IMG/VR virus record: IMGVR_UViG_3300045988_122441
Origin: a virus
Direction: 5' to 3' (one strand)
DNA: 64,000 nucleotides
Below are positions 63,348-64,000 of this stretch, piece by piece; position 1 is the first letter of the stretch, and every line of letters starts with the position of its first letter. The notes beneath the pieces were generated by a model. It was not told the origin of the DNA. It searched no databases and was given only the letters and a program-made list of their open reading frames with translations. The translations under genes and the position numbers were made by a program.

Positions 63348-63370
63348 TGTAAATTATTTAGTTAGCATGA
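63348..63370 (-). promoter_or_regulatory. Copy 6 of the conserved 23-nt motif
   Basis: Minus-strand reading TCATGCTAACTAAATAATTTACA, immediately followed by the AGGAGG SD of the capsid gene. Confidence 0.45.
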
Positions 63371-63382
63371 CTGACGATTTTT

Positions 63383-63892
63383 TTAGTCAATCTTGATAAC
63401 GTAGTATGTATATCGACCAGCAATCTCAACATCGATAATCTTTCCAACAGTTGTCGCACCGGAAGTTGCGGATGCTGCAACATTCAGTTTTGTACCAGCT
63501 GCAAGCTCTACGATATTTCCCTTTGCAGGAGATGCGAGACCCGTCAGAGCTTCTTTAGTTACAGAGAACATATTTCCAGAATGGAGTCTATATCCTCTAC
63601 AAGCCTTACCAGCCGGGTTGATGAATTCATCCAGGTTGCGGAGTCTTTCATCATACGGTACTTCAGGAGCAGCGATCAGTACGACCTCTCGAATAGGTGT
63701 ATCTTTTGCGACATCTTCTCCGAGGAATACCTCGCGCTCACCGTCCATAAGCTCAGAAGCTTTCAGGACACTTCCGTTTTCAATTTCGGTAGCAGTAGTT
63801 TTAGCTGTACCCATGTATTTAACAGACACCAGTTCACTACGAACATCAGTACCAGTCATGTTGTCTGTTCTAACAACGCCATATTTAGCCAT
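63383..63892 (-). CDS. Hypothetical head protein (decoration or scaffold-associated)
   Basis: 169 aa, directly upstream of the capsid gene. Confidence 0.35.
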   Translation of the reverse strand: MAKYGVVRTDNMTGTDVRSELVSVKYMGTAKTTATEIENGSVLKASELMDGEREVFLGEDVAKDTPIREVVLIAAPEVPYDERLRNLDEFINPAGKACRGYRLHSGNMFSVTKEALTGLASPAKGNIVELAAGTKLNVAASATSGATTVGKIIDVEIAGRYTYYVIKID

Positions 63893-63906
63893 AAATTTTT
63901 ACCTCC

Positions 63907-64000
63907 TTATTCTTTAGCAGAGAAGCCATACTCCTCAAAAAGACCGCCATAAGGCTGGTCTGCCTTGTTATTTTCTGGTGTTTCAATAGGCAGTTTAGGA
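63907..64000 (-). CDS. 3' end of a gene continuing beyond the window (scaffold position)
   Basis: The open frame '..PKLPIETPENNKADQPYGGLFEEYGFSAKE*' ends at 63907, just before the AAGGAGG SD of the next gene. Confidence 0.35.
   Translation of the reverse strand, partial: PKLPIETPENNKADQPYGGLFEEYGFSAKE

Noticed and set aside
1-64000. Prophage-host junction or flanking bacterial genes
   Set aside because: Every region on both sides of xis-int-attP is phage-like. The window appears to be an excised or packaged genome, or a metagenomic phage contig.

Overview
The window reads as one contiguous, non-integrated segment of a large temperate siphovirus. The host is probably a low-GC Gram-positive anaerobe (Bacillota/Clostridia-like): GGAGG Shine-Dalgarno sites, anaerobic NrdDG, an LL-H-type holin and an SH3b endolysin point that way. 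No host DNA is visible. All family calls come from motif recognition by eye; no database search was run. Layout: (i) 1-7.2 kb (+): an accessory island with five consecutive NAD+/ADP-ribose genes (Prs-like, NAMPT-like, macro, NADAR, NadE), then a frameshifted Thg1-like gene and a cysteine desulfurase. (ii) 7.3-11.2 kb (+): small unknown genes and a moron-like island. The island has a textbook sigma-A promoter, a CA-rich hairpin RNA, a MazF/PemK toxin with no recognisable antitoxin, a degenerate integrase-like gene and tRNA-Gln(UUG). (iii) 11.3-27.7 kb (+): recombination, replication and nucleotide metabolism (HD, Erf, SSB, Cas4-like nuclease, DnaB, primase, DnaE, ThyX-like, ClpP-like, PhoH, NrdDG, Pth2-like, dUTPase). 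(iv) 27.7-29.7 kb: xis, int and an intact attP with repeated TTGCGTAA arm sites. (v) 29.7-64 kb (-): the late operon, with lysis cassette, tail fibres, a 2149-aa Tal/RBP, Dit, tape measure, tail and head genes. Three things stand out. First, a complete diversity-generating retroelement (RT, TR, Avd, VR) targets a tail-fibre-tip protein. Second, the tape-measure gene is split by about 1 kb that carries group I intron core elements and an antisense zinc-ribbon/L7-L12-like ORF. Third, a 23-nt motif recurs six times, always in sense orientation just upstream of gene starts on both strands.
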